Origin: Emiliania huxleyi CCMP1516
Taxonomy: Eukaryota
Length of the DNA: 64,000 nt
Reading direction: 5' to 3'
Assembly: GCF_000372725.1 (NCBI RefSeq)
Contig: NW_005201391.1
Location: forward strand, 174,736 to 238,735
The position numbers and the translations under genes were made by a program. This document shows, one piece after another, positions 1 to 11,914 of the stretch. Positions within the stretch are counted from its first letter, which is position 1; each line of letters begins with the position of its first letter. A model generated the notes under the pieces. It saw nothing but the letters and a program-made list of their open reading frames with translations. It had not been told where the DNA came from and did not search any database.

Positions 1-1226
1 CTGGTGAGTCATCTGCGACCCGAATCGATGTGCAGCACCATTATGTGCCGTCCTGGTTTGCAGACAAGGTAATCTGACCATCGCCGCCTGCATTCACCAT
101 ATACGCGCGAATCCATAGCACGCGACACAGGTAAACTCCGTCACCAGGTGTCGCCACTAGTCGACGGGCTTCCAGTGCCGTCGTGGAGCGCTGAGACGGC
201 GCGGGAGCTCGCCAATGCGTCTGAAATCAGGAAGGCGGTGCTCAGCGTGCCCCACGACCTCGGCGCTTCGCTCGGCAGTGCAACGCCGAGATGGCGGCGC
301 TGTGCGCCACGGACCCGCTCTTTGCCTTCTTTGCAGCGCTGCCGGACCCTGACGTGGACATCGAGGCGTGCATCGAGGAGGTGTGGTCACTCCCTCGCTA
401 GATCACTCTTGCTCGTTCGACGCATCTCACCACCCTCCTGCGTCACGCGGAGGCGGAGCGCGCATTCGACGAGCTCGGCGCGGTGGGCGTCGGGATGTTT
501 ACGTCGTACGGACAGGCTCACACCACTTTCCCAGGGGATGCCTCTTTTGAGTCGCTGTGGGCGTTCCTCAACGAGCGTGCGATCTGATCTACAGCGGAAC
601 CAAGGGCGCCCATCCCGACGTCGCGATCATCCTTTCGCACGCAGGCGGCACGCTCCCGTTTATCGCGCAGGCGCCCGCAAGCCACGGAGCCCGCCAGGCC
701 AGACACCACCCCGAATGCGGCATCTTGACTCCCCTCTGGTGTGCCACAGCGGGCTGCCTTCAGTGGGCCCCTAGCGCGGGCATACGCCTCTCCAATCTCT
801 GCAGCCCAAGGGCCCTTCGCAGAGGAGGACCCGGCGGAGTTCATGGCGCTGGCGCGCAGCTTCTATTTCGACACCGCCCTCTCCGGCGATCCACTCGTGA
901 TGCAGGTGGGAGGCATGAATCGCCCTGCCCTTGCTGCTCCCCTCTCCGCGCCGCTGCCTGCCCCCCACCACTGCCCCCCTCGGCTCCACCGGCCGCCACT
1001 TCCATTCCGCATCGTGTAGACCCTCGCGTCCTTCCTGGGAGAAGAGGCCCACGCGCAACGCGTGCTCTACGCAACCGACTTCCCGTTCGTGCCCCATCCG
1101 GCGGTCCAGCTGCAGGACGCGGGGCTGAACGCGTACTTGGAAACCACCGGCTCGGACGACGTGTCCGAGGCCATCTGCCACGGCAATGCCGAGGCCCTCT
1201 TTCCGCAGCTTGGATCCACCGCATAG
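1..1226 (+). pseudogene. Amidohydrolase_2 family (ACMSD/6-methylsalicylate decarboxylase-like), spliced, 5'-incomplete, with apparent lesions
   Basis: Exons encode HHYVPSW (36-68), GLPVPSWSAE..KAVLSVP, RQCNAEMAAL..FAFFAALP, AFDELGAVGVGMFTSY, IILSHAGGTLPF, SFYFDTALS, RVLYATDFPF and GNAEALFP; stop TAG 1224-1226. There is a frame change near 268, and the usual VFVHP segment is missing near 578. Confidence 0.7.
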
Positions 1227-1575
1227 TCCGCAATGCGGAAAGAAAGAATCTTACAACAAAACGCTCTCTCACAACACTACTCACTAGGCACGGGACTGGC
1301 GCGCACCTCTGGCACTAACACTGTGGGGCATACACATTACCGACCTACACACCAATACAACGGCTTTATGCACAAACCACAATAAGCGCGAAGACGAGAA
1401 AACGAAGTGAAGAAAACTCTACCTCGACGCTCTACTACCGCACGCTCTAGCCTCTAGGGCTGGGAGAAGGAGAGAGTAGAGAGTGGCCCCCACCCGCACC
1501 GTGCAGGGATTAGTTTGACGTATATTGTGTACACAGTGATCTGTAAGGGTCCGCCCGCAGTAGAGAGAGAACCGC

Positions 1576-1954
1576 TAGGGTTGCCTAACGTTAGGAGCTG
1601 AACAGTGTTGCTAGTGTTAACAGTAACAACAGAACAACAGTGGGGCTTCCCAACAACAGTAGCTAACGTTAGGCCGACTGAACAACAGTAAGGAAGGCCT
1701 GGCAGTGACCCACGACGATCTCTAGTGTCCAGTGCGGGTAATACCCGAAAATACCCGCCGGGAAAACCCAGGTATTTTCGGGTTTTACCCGGGTTTTTTG
1801 CGCCATTTTCTGCTCTTGCTGGCCGCTGAACAACACAGTAACAACAGTAACAAACAGTAACAGCATGGGCTGGGGTGAACACTTGAACAACGTTGAGGAT
1901 TTCAGCCAACAATAGCGCAACTGTTAGGCCCCAAATTAACGTTAGGCAACCCTA
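1576..1954. mobile_element. Non-autonomous hAT-type MITE, 379 bp
   Basis: Perfect 18-bp TIR TAGGGTTGCCTAACGTTA (1576-1593 / 1937-1954); 8-bp TSD AGAACCGC (1568-1575 / 1955-1962); internal AACAACAGTA repeats; no coding capacity. Confidence 0.9.
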
Positions 1955-2115
1955 AGAACCGCATTAAAACTTTTTTATCCGATTCGTTTTAACATTTTTA
2001 AGGGGTGGAGAGCGAGAGTTTTCAGCGCTCATGCTGACCCTCCGCGATGTGCAAGATGGGTCACTGTGCGGAGAGTAGTGAAGATAAACAACGACGAGAC
2101 GGCGTCAGTCGCTAC

Positions 2116-2823
2116 TCAAGTAAGCGCCACTGCCTCCTGCTCGTCCTCGCCCGGCCGCGCCTCCAGCGCGAAGTGCAGCACCCTCACCGGGTCGGCGTCC
2201 CTCAGGTGGGGGTAGAAGCGGCGCAGCGTCGCCCTCAGCTCGTCTGCGGAGCCGAGGCCCTCGGTGGCGGCGAGCGTGCCGTTGAGCCGGTCCACGCGCG
2301 TCCTCTCGAGGCGCGAGATGCGGAGCCTCGCAAAGGGGGCAGCCGAAGCCCTGCCGCTGCAGGTGCGACACGTGGCGTTGGCAAGGTGGCCCACCTTCAG
2401 ACGCGAGAGCAGGGGCTCTCCGTCCACGCCCACGTACCGGGTCGTCGCCGCTTTGCGGCCGTCGAGAATCTGCGGCACAAACTCGGGCGCAAAGTCGATG
2501 GCCGGCCCCTCCTCTGCGGGGCGGCGCAACCGCCTGGTCAGCCAGGCGCCGAACGCGCGGAGTGACCACCGTGCCTGCGTCCGCTCCGGCTCCGGCTCCG
2601 CCGCCCGCGCCTGCTCCTCCAGCAACCGCATCCGGCGCTTCTCGTTCCTGGCCGCGATCAGTCGCCCGGCCGTCTCGCGCCCTCCCGCCGTCAGCTCGGC
2701 CCAGTTGCTCAGGCGGTGCAACGAGCCGTCCTTCCCGAGTGCCACTGGTCCCAGCGCGTCGAGCTGCTGCCGGTCGGATTCCGAGAGCGTCGGCACTGAG
2801 CCAGACAGGAGAAGCAGCAGCAT
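2116..2823 (-). CDS. ASCH-domain protein with an N-terminal uncharacterised conserved motif
   Basis: Single ORF of 235 aa. C-terminal IDFAPEFVPQILDGRKAATTR...LAATEGLGSADELRATLRRFYP..VRVLHF is ASCH/PUA-like. N-terminal LDALGPVALGKDGSLHRLSNWAELT..ARN follows a short hydrophobic leader. Confidence 0.75.
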   Translation of the reverse strand: MLLLLLSGSVPTLSESDRQQLDALGPVALGKDGSLHRLSNWAELTAGGRETAGRLIAARNEKRRMRLLEEQARAAEPEPERTQARWSLRAFGAWLTRRLRRPAEEGPAIDFAPEFVPQILDGRKAATTRYVGVDGEPLLSRLKVGHLANATCRTCSGRASAAPFARLRISRLERTRVDRLNGTLAATEGLGSADELRATLRRFYPHLRDADPVRVLHFALEARPGEDEQEAVALT

Positions 2824-3556
2824 CCCGCGATATTTTTTCTTTTGTTGACCCCTCTTGCGACTACAAGACCCATTTTTTCAGTGTATGTAGCTCTTACGAA
2901 CATACCCGTAGGTGAACTGCTGACAGGGTTTGCGATGAGGAGCGATCCGAACGTGGTATTCGGGTGATTAGATCACCACCGCCGAAGCGCAAGCGCTTGG
3001 AGCAAGCAAGGGAACTGCCACGTATGGGTCCCAGACTAGCACCCCACCTCGCGGGCCGACGTTCTGGCCCAGCGAGGCTGCTGCGATTTTTTGCAGGGCG
3101 TTTTTTGGGGGGCGAGTCAGTGGCAACAGACCCAGGACTGACGGAGCAGTCCACATGCACATGCACATGGACATGGACATTGCACATGTACATGTATGCT
3201 TCGTGCAGCCCCGCGAGGCTCCTTTTCTTTCCCCTCAGCGTGTCAATCATTCGGCAGGGAGCATGTTCGAGTGTGAGTGAGTGAGTGAGCGTGAGTGTGA
3301 GTATGATTGAGTTGGACGCCGCTGGATTCGGTACTTCAGCTTGGTACAGTATCTTCATATGAGATCACCACCAGGGCTACATAATGATACCCTCTTGAGA
3401 GGATCCGCATTGGGCGGCCCCTAGAGGATAGGTTGATACCCTGACGGTCTCTCTTTCGCTACGTGTTCGACGATCGTCGAACACAACCGTTCGACCATAT
3501 GGCACTGTTCACAGCTGCACCCCACTCACAGTTATTGTTATGGTGTTATGGCAAGG

Positions 3557-3653
3557 CATAGCAGCCCATAACATGTTATGGGTGTTATGTGGGTGTTATG
3601 GGGCCGGCCCCATAACACCCATAACACCCATAACATGTTCATGGGCTGCTATG
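3557..3653. repeat. Near-perfect ~97-bp palindrome built from GGTGTTATG/CATAACACC units
   Basis: CATAGCAGCCCATAACATGTTATGGG...GGCC|GGCC...CCCATAACATGTTCATGGGCTGCTATG; the arms differ only by small indels. Confidence 0.85.
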
Positions 3654-4631
3654 AGAGAGCCGTCCCCGGGATCCACGGTGTTATGGCCCGAGAGGCCACA
3701 CCGAACTGCTCGCCGCTGGAATTTTCGCTTCGCGCGCTGCTGCGCGCGCGTGCGCGAGGTTCGGCATCGATCGCCAACTGTTTTCTCTTTTGCCCTCTCG
3801 GATCTCAGAGCACAGCGAGTTGTACGTGTGGTCGTCCTCCGTCGACACAAGACAGCACATAGTTGAAGCCGGGAATCCTCTTGAAGTCGGAGACGCGCAG
3901 GTCAACTGACGAGGGCTTCTGGCTCATGAACATCTTCATCCGGTATCCTCTACACCCTCCCTCAGTTGATACCCACCCTCGTGATTTACCCTTCCCTCTT
4001 CACACCTTTTCGCGCGCTGCGCGCGCGCCGAGACAGACATGAACGCGCTCGAATGAGCGTCGCGCAGGAGGGAGGCGAGGCGCACCACTAAGCAATGCGC
4101 TGGGCGAGGAGGGCGGCCATTGCGGCCGTCGTCGCATTGGGCGGCCTGCGGCCGCCAGCCGGGAGCCGGCTAGCGGGCTAGGCAGCCGGTGCGGCTGCAG
4201 CCGCGGGAGCGGCCGCGGCCTCTCGATGACATTGCCTTCCGCCTCGAGCATAATCGCTGGGAGAGTCACCTGGCAACGTTGCGTTCGCGCGAAATCGATG
4301 CCGCCTGCTATGTCCGGTGCGTGGTCTTGTAGTGGGTCTCGGAAGCTCCCCTCTCGGGCTAGGAGCCAGCCCCTCTCCCTTGCCCTCGGAACAGTGTGTC
4401 CGAGTCGAGGCGTGTGCTTGCCGGTCGACGCCCGCGCGCGGTTGGCATTGTGACGAAGGGCGCCGAAAAAAAATTTAAATGTGCGGTTTCCTGATTGCGG
4501 CGTGATGGAGGTAGGGTGCTTGATGGTGCCGTGTGCATATCACTGTCTCGATCGCTACTGTCGCTGCTGACCTTGCTTGTCTCGCGAGAACGCCGAGGGT
4601 CCTCACCGCGAAGAGCGAAAAGCGCACCGCC

Positions 4632-7600
4632 ATGTCGCAGCCGAGTTATGGCGGAAGTCACGGCGGCGGCGCCAGCAGCAGTAGTGGTGCCGGGCCATCT
4701 TCAATGTCAGCCAACTCGGCCAGTTCGTCCGACGACAAGGTGCGCCGCCCTCCCTGCGTGTCTCGGCCTCCCGCGCTCGCGCCGTCCGCCAACGCGCGCG
4801 CGCGCGCGCGCGTCCCGCAGAACTTCCACCAGTTGGATGCGGTCGAGGCGGCGACGTTGATCCGCCTGAACGGGTTCCAGCGGACGCTGAAGGATGCGGT
4901 GAAAATACAAGACATACCCGTCATCGTGACGCTGGTGCGTGCGAGAGAATCCGGGGCGGGGCGGGGATATCCTTCTCTCTTCGCGTGCACTCGGGGCGCA
5001 CCCTCACATCGCGCGCTTTACTTTTGAGTCTCTCCGGCGCGTCCCCGCCCCCTCTCCCCCCCCGGCCGCAGGCGTCGCCGCCCTTTGTGATCTACCACAT
5101 CAACGAGCTGTGGTGCCGCCTCTGCGGCTACACCGAGTCCGAGGCGCGTGAACTCCAAATTCACCCATCCCTGCTCCCTGCCTTCTCCCCACCGCTCCTT
5201 TTCCCGCAGCTCGCCCTCGCCACAGCTCCCCACACGTCCCGCCCCGCCGCCGCGCCGCCGGCCGCGGTCNNNNNNNNNNNNNNNNNNNNNNNNNNNNNNN
5301 NNNNNNNNNNNNNNNNNNNNNNNNNNNNNNNNNNNNNNNNNNNNNNNNNNNNNNNNNNNNNNNNNNNNNGCCCGTCGGACGAGCAGGAGGTCGCGGCGCT
5401 GTTTGGGGAGTGCCTCCGCGAGGCGAGACCTCGCCGAGATCTCGCCGAGATCTCGCCGAGCTCTCCTGACAACTAGCCGAGCTACCCCCCCCCCTTCACC
5501 CAGGCGTGCCCGGCGCTGTGGTCGAGCGTGGAGAGCGGCCCAAACCTAGGCCCAAACAGGTGACGCTTTTGTGGCGTCTAATGGTGCACAGCAGACAGCG
5601 TCCAGCCGCGGCGCCGCGCGCGCGTACGCTCGACGGATGGTCGCCGTGGGAAAACAGGGGCGAGCACATGCCGGGGGAAGGCTGCACTGTAGGGGAAGGC
5701 GTCGTACGGGGGCGCGGAGCGTTTTACGCTATTGAGCGATGAATCCGCGCTGTAGCGCCGAATTTGTGGCGGTGGGTAGTACGGAAGGGTAGACGCTCCA
5801 CACGTTACCACGAGTCAGACTCCAAGAGCCGACGTCCTATCGAGATCGTCTCATCAAAAAGTTTAATTAGAGAGCCCCACGATAGATATTTACGTCAGTA
5901 TGTCTGTAATGCCAAGGACGTGGCACACATCAACGACGACTCCCCAACGGCAACGCGCACAACATCGCGGCAACACCAACTCGACACTCGCAAGATCGAT
6001 GATGAATGAGCGCGCCGTCATGTGGCGCAAGGCCGCTCAGAGAACTCACTCCCGGCGCCGCCCCGCGAACGGCGGCTGTCCAAACGCCACCTACTCGGCG
6101 CGGAAAACGGACCCTGCGCGAGCTCCCTACGCCGCCCCAGCGGCGGCGAGTCACTAGCTCAGCTGAAGTCCTTCTTCTTGGCGTGCAGCAAATTGTGGAT
6201 CGAGCCCTCGGCCTGCGCGCCCGAGGTGCGCTGCTGGAAGCGGAGCGTGCCGTCGGCGAGCGCGGCCCACAGCGCCTCGCACGACTGCAGGCCCATGTCC
6301 TGCAGCGAGTGGCGCAAGCCGGTAGAGAGGTACGGCAGGTACCTGGTCACAGCCGGCGCGTGTGAAGAGGCGCTTTCCACAGCCGGCGGGTCGAGAGCCA
6401 GAGAGGCAGGCACCGCTTGAGCGATCCCTTGTCAGCAACGGCGCCCGAGGACTCTCCGCNNNNNNNNNNNNNNNNNNNNNNNNNNNNNNNNNNNNNNNNN
6501 NNNNNNNNNNNNNNNNNNNNNNNNNNNNNNNNNNNNNNNNNNNNNNNNNNNNNNNNNNNGGTTTCCCCCCCAACCCCCTTTTGGGGCCCCCCCCCCCCCC
6601 CCGGCCCCGACCCGCCGCCCGCCCCGCACCCCCGCCACCGCTTGCCCGCAGACCTCCGGTCGCGACATCGAGGTCCGACTGCTCAACTACACGGGAGGCG
6701 CGATGCAGCCGAGATGCGGCCGAGCTACAGCCGAGACGCGCCGCGAGACGCCTCGCCCCCCCCCCCCCCTCCCTTCCGCCCCGCTCCGGCCTCCTCCGCC
6801 ACTGAAAACAAGCTGACGCCGTCGCCCTGCCCTCTCCCTCCGCCAGACGGGACCCCCTTCCAAAACACGCTCTTCGTGCGGCCGCTGCAGCCAGAGTGTG
6901 GCTCGCGCTGCACGCACCTCGCCGCTTTCCTCCTCGTGCGCTACGTCGCCAACGTGCCAAGACTCAACCGCGCCGGATCGGAGAGAGACGGCGGCGACTC
7001 GCCGCCCCCAAACCCGCTGCCGGCGCCCCTACCGCCGCCGCCGCCGCCGACCCTGCCGCCGCCTCCGCCGCCGCCGCCCGCTCCGCCGGTCGGCGTGGCG
7101 AGGGGGCGCGCCGCTCCTCCGCCGCGCTGCTCCTCGCCTTCCGATCAAAGAGTCCTCCAGCCAGAGTCGTGGCTGAGCTGTAGGAGCTTGGCCGAGCTGC
7201 GGCACGCGACGCAAGTCTTCGCGGCGGAGGGGGAGGCCGCCGCGCGCGCCTCGACGCTCGAGCGACACGAGGCGAGCTTGCCCGAGACCCCCCCCCCCCT
7301 TCATTGCGGTCTGGCCAGTCCCAGCCGCCACCGAGCTATCTCGGGCAATCTCGGCGCATCCTCGCCGAGTCGTGGGTGACTAGGCTAACCTCCGTGCCCA
7401 CGAGTCTAACGTCGCGCGGCACGAGCTGGACGAGGCGCTGCAGGTGCTCGGCCCGGCGGACCGCCAGCTCCCTACCCGAGAGAGCACCCGAGAGCACCGC
7501 ACCCGAGAGCACCCAAGAGCACCCGAGAGCACCCCCACCACTTTTTTCCCAAACCACCCCCCCCCCCCCCCCCCGCCAGGTGCTTTGCTGGATTGACCGC

Positions 7601-8223
7601 CAGCTCACCCGTACCTACTCCGACCACCTCCAGCGCCTCGCGTCGGACGAGGCTCGGCTGCTCGGCGTGTGCCGCAGGCGCTCCATAGACAGCCGAGAGA
7701 GAGCCGAGAGAGAGCCGAGAGATAGCCGAGAGTCTGCCGCAGGCGTTCCCCGCCGCCCGAGAGGGCAGGGGGCGCTTCACTCTGCCGGGCGGCCACGCAC
7801 AGACCGCCTTGCGCGCTCGCTCTGCCCCCCCTCCTCTCCCGTTTCCGCCACTAACCCCCCTCCCCCCCCCCTTCCCCTCTTCTCTACCTCTGACCCCCCC
7901 CCCCCCCGGCGCGCAGCCTCATCGCGCGGCTGCCGCCGCTGAGAGACCTCACCCCCGAGCAGCTGCTCGCCGACCCGGATCGCGGCCTCGACGCGCTGAT
8001 TGCCGACCCAGCAGGCCTCTACCGCCCCGTCCGGACCGAGCAGGAGGTCGCGGCGCTGTTTGGGGAGTGCCTCCGCGAGGCGAGACCTCGCCGAGATCTC
8101 GCCGAGATCTCGCCGAGCTCTCCTGACAACTAGCCGAGCTACCCCCCCCCCCCCTTCACCCAGGCGTGCCCGGCGCTGTGGTCGAGCGTGGAGAGCGGCC
8201 CAAACCTAGGCCCAAACAGGTGA
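4632..8223 (+). CDS. PAS (LOV-like) domain protein, multi-exon, interrupted by gaps and a misplaced contig
   Basis: Exons 4632-4739, 4821-4934 and 5072-5143 (ASPPFVIYHINELWCRLCGYTESE), then after the gaps ~6652-6692 (GRDIEVRLLNYT) and 6847 onward (DGTPFQNTLFVRPL..THL), which are the two halves of a PAS fold. Later exons VLCWIDRQ.., EQEVAALFGECLRE and ACPALW..PNR* (stop 8221-8223). Confidence 0.65.
5370..6447. repeat. ~1.07-kb near-identical duplicate of ~8025-9108, bounded by N-gaps (probable assembly artefact)
   Basis: Matches 8025-9108 except at its gap-adjacent start and in poly-C length. It carries the last IMPDH exon and the 3' end of the PAS gene, and sits between two gaps inside that gene. 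Confidence 0.85.
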
Positions 8224-8818
8224 CGCTTTTGTGGCGTCTAATGGTGCACAGCAGACAGCGTCCAGCCGCGGCGCCGCGCGCGCGTACGCTCGACGGATGG
8301 TCGCCGTGGGAAAACAGGGGCGAGCACATGCCGGGGGAAGGCTGCACTGTAGGGGAAGGCGTCGTACGGGGGCGCGGAGCGTTTTACGCTATTGAGCGAT
8401 GAATCCGCGCTGTAGCGCCGAATTTGTGGCGGTGGGTAGTACGGAAGGGTAGACGCTCCACACGTTACCACGAGTCAGACTCCAAGAGCCGACGTCCTAT
8501 CGAGATCGTCTCATCAAAAAGTTTAATTAGAGAGCCCCACGATAGATATTTACGTCAGTATGTCTGTAATGCCAAGGACGTGGCACACATCAACGACGAC
8601 TCCCCAACGGCAACGCGCACAACATCGCGGCAACACCAACTCGACACTCGCAAGATCGATGATGAATGAGCGCGCCGTCATGTGGCGCAAGGCCGCTCAG
8701 AGAACTCACTCCCGGCGCCGCCCCGCGAACGGCGGCTGTCCAAACGCCACCTACTCGGCGCGGAAAACGGACCCTGCGCGAGCTCCCTACGCCGCCCCAG
8801 CGGCGGCGAGTCACTAGC

Positions 8819-11800
8819 TCAGCTGAAGTCCTTCTTCTTGGCGTGCAGCAAATTGTGGATCGAGCCCTCGGCCTGCGCGCCCGAGGTGCGCTGCTGGAAG
8901 CGGAGCGTGCCGTCGGCGAGCGCGGCCCACAGCGCCTCGCACGACTGCAGGCCCATGTCCTGCAGCGAGTGGCGCAAGCCGGTAGAGAGGTACGGCAGGT
9001 ACCTGGTCACAGCCGGCGCGTGTGAAGAGGCGCTTTCCACAGCCGGCGGGTCGAGAGCCAGAGAGGCAGGCACCGCTTGAGCGATCCCTTGTCAGCAACG
9101 GCGCCCGAGACACCCTGCGCGACGCGGACGGCGGCGTCGGTGGAGAAGTAGCGGTCGGCGGAGGTGCCCTTGGACATGGCGTCGATCGAGCCCATGCCGC
9201 GGTACGTCTTGAGCCGCACCCCGTCCTTGTAGAAGTACTCCCCGGGCGCCTGGGGGGAGAAGGGGGGAGGGGGGGGAGTGAAGGGCCGCCGCCAAGTTAG
9301 TGCGCGCGTGAGTGTCCGTGTGCGTCGCTGCGTGGTGTGCGTTGGCGTTTGCTGTTTGTGCGCGCGCGCCTCGTCGGTGCCAGCCAGCATCGAGCCCATC
9401 ATGACGGCGGACGCGCCGCACGCGAGGGCCTTTGAGATCTTGCCGACGTTGGAGATGCCGCCGTCCGCCCAGCACGGCACGCCGTGCTTGCGGGCGTACT
9501 TGCAGACGTGGTAGACGGCGGTCGCCTGATGATGCGAGGGGAGACGGGCGGTGTATGGTGTGAGGAGGCGCGGGCTCGCAGGCGCCGGGCCGCGGCGGGA
9601 AGTCGGAGGGAGAGGGGGAGGGGGGGGGGAGGGTTGCCGCGCCTGCGGCCGGCCCACGGCCATCACCTCCTGCGTGGTGCAGATGGAGCCCGAGCCCATG
9701 CCGATGCGCAGGGCGTCGACGCCCCACGCGATCAGGTTCTTGGCCTGCGAGACGCACACGACGTTGCCTCCGACGACCTGCGGCGGCAAAGAGAGAGGGG
9801 CACTTGGAAGGGGCAGCACGAGCCGAGGCCGAACGGCAGCGAAAGGCGGAGCGGCGGGCGGGGCGGCCGGGGTGGGTGAGATGGAGGGCGCGGGCGTGGC
9901 GGGAGGGGGAGGGGTGACGCAGGCCACGCCGTACCTGCACGTCAGGGTGCGTGGCCTTGATGTGCTTGACCATCTCCTCCTGGTAGCGCGAGTTGCCCTG
10001 CGACGAGTCGATGACGACGACGTCGACGCCCGCCTCGACGAGCATGGCGACGCGCGTCTTGTCCTCGGGCCGCGTGTGGATGGAGGCGCCGACGAGGAGG
10101 CGCTTGGACGCGCCTGCAGGACGTGTCGCGGACGAGGTGGGGCGACGGCCGGCGGCGGTGCGGAGGCGGGAGAGAGGAGAGGATGGCGGAGGGAGGGGGG
10201 AGGCGGAAGGGTAGGGCGGGCGGAGAGGGAGGCATTGGGGAGACCGGGGGAGGGCAGCAAGAGGAGGAGAGGGAGGAGGCAGAAGGAGTGATGGAGGAGG
10301 AAGAGGCAGAGGGGGGGGGGGGAGGGGGGAGGGAGAGGGAGCAGAAGGCAGGGGCCGGCGCCGCACCCTTGGAGGCGTGCGGGTAGTCGCGGTTCTTGCG
10401 CAAGTCCCTGCGCGAGATGAGGGCGACGAGCTCGCCCGACTTGTTGACGACGGGGAGCTTGCCCTTCTTGGAGTCGGTGAGGATCTTGTTGGCCTAGCGG
10501 GGAGGGGAGGGGGGGAAGTAAGGGGGGGGCGGGGGGGGCGGCGCTGATGGGGAAGAGAGGGCGGGAGGAGGCGGGACCGGGGTGGGGAGAGGGCAGGAGG
10601 GGGAGCGGCCGGCGTGGCGCGGGATGGTAGCGGCCGCCTGCTCGAGCGAGCACCCCTCCGGCGCCGTGACGAGCTGCTGCGTCATCACCTCCTTGACGAC
10701 GGTGGATCGGTCCTGCAGAGGGGCGAGGGAGGGGGCAGGGTGAGGGATGGGAGAGGGAGGGGGGAGGGTCGAGGGAGGAGGGGAGACAGAGGTGGGGAGG
10801 GGGCAGGGTGGTGGGCAGAGCCGGGCGAGGGAGGGGACGGAGGCGGCGAGAGAGGGAGGCGGTGGGAATAGGGCGGAGCGGTCCTTGACAAAGTCGTGGT
10901 CGCGTGTGGCGACGAAGCCGAGCAGCTTGCCGCCGAGCTTGCCGGAGTCGGTGATTGGGACTCCGGAGAAGCCGTGCTTGTGCTTGATTGCGTCGACCTG
11001 GAGGGGGCGCGGCGGGGCGCGGGGAACGGTGGGGCGGCGGGGAGGGGAGGGAGCTGCGGGGAGGGGAGGGAGCGGCGGGGAGGGGGGGAGGGGGGGGAGG
11101 CTGGCCGAGGTTCGAGGGGGCTGCGGGACAAGCGCGCGTGGGAGAGAGAGGAGTGGCGGGGAGTCGTGGGGAAGGAGCGGAGGAGTGGCGAGAGGGGAGT
11201 CGGGCCGCGCGAGAGCGAGAGCGAGAGAGCGCGAGAGCAGGGGAGCGAGGAGGAGGGCTTGGAGGCGCCTCGGCGAGGGTCGCCGTCGGCGGGAGGCAGA
11301 ACGGGTCGAGGATGAAGCCGTTCTCGAAGCGCTTCACCTTGCGAACCTCGGCGCACTGCTCCTCCATCGTGTTGTTGCAGTGGATGATCCCGAGCCCGCC
11401 GTACAGCGCCATGTGGATCGCCATCTGCGACTCGGTCACCGTGTCCATCGGCGAGGAGACGAAGGGCAGGTGCAGCTTGACCTTCCTCGTGACATACGTG
11501 TCGAGGGTGACGTCCTGGGCGTCGAAGGTGATGTGGCCGGGCAGGATGATGTAGTCGCTGTACGTGTACCCGTCACGGCCGGAGAAGAGCTGCGCGGCGG
11601 AGGCGATGGCGAGTCGGTGAGTGCGGCGAGGGTGGCAGGCGAGGGTGGCGCGGCGTGCGTGGTGGTGGGAGTGACGGAAGGAGCGGTGGCCGGAGAAGAG
11701 CTGCGCCCTTGGCGGTTGCGCGGCAGCGTGGCGAGGGTGGCAGCCGGCGTGCGTGGGCCGCGCGCGCACGGGAGCGATGGCGAGTGAGCGCATATACACA

Positions 11801-11914
11801 GGGAGAGGATCTGGCATGATGGGCGCGCATATTGGGCGGCGCGAATGGTACCTCATCGCCGGACATGCCGTCGAGCGGGACATCGTCCTCATCGGGGCGC
11901 ATGGCTGGGCACAT
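8819..11914 (-). CDS. IMPDH: Inosine-5'-monophosphate dehydrogenase with CBS pair, multi-exon
   Basis: Exon 1 (11852-11914, [21 protein letters not shown]) joins [18 protein letters not shown]. Motifs [25 protein letters not shown], catalytic [22 protein letters not shown] and VAQGVSGAV are present; stop TGA 8819-8821. Several donors are GC. Confidence 0.96.

Noticed and set aside
5370..6458. Second partial IMPDH copy or tandem gene duplication
   Set aside because: Essentially identical to 8025-9108, bounded by 100-N gaps and lying inside another gene. Best explained as a misplaced allelic contig.
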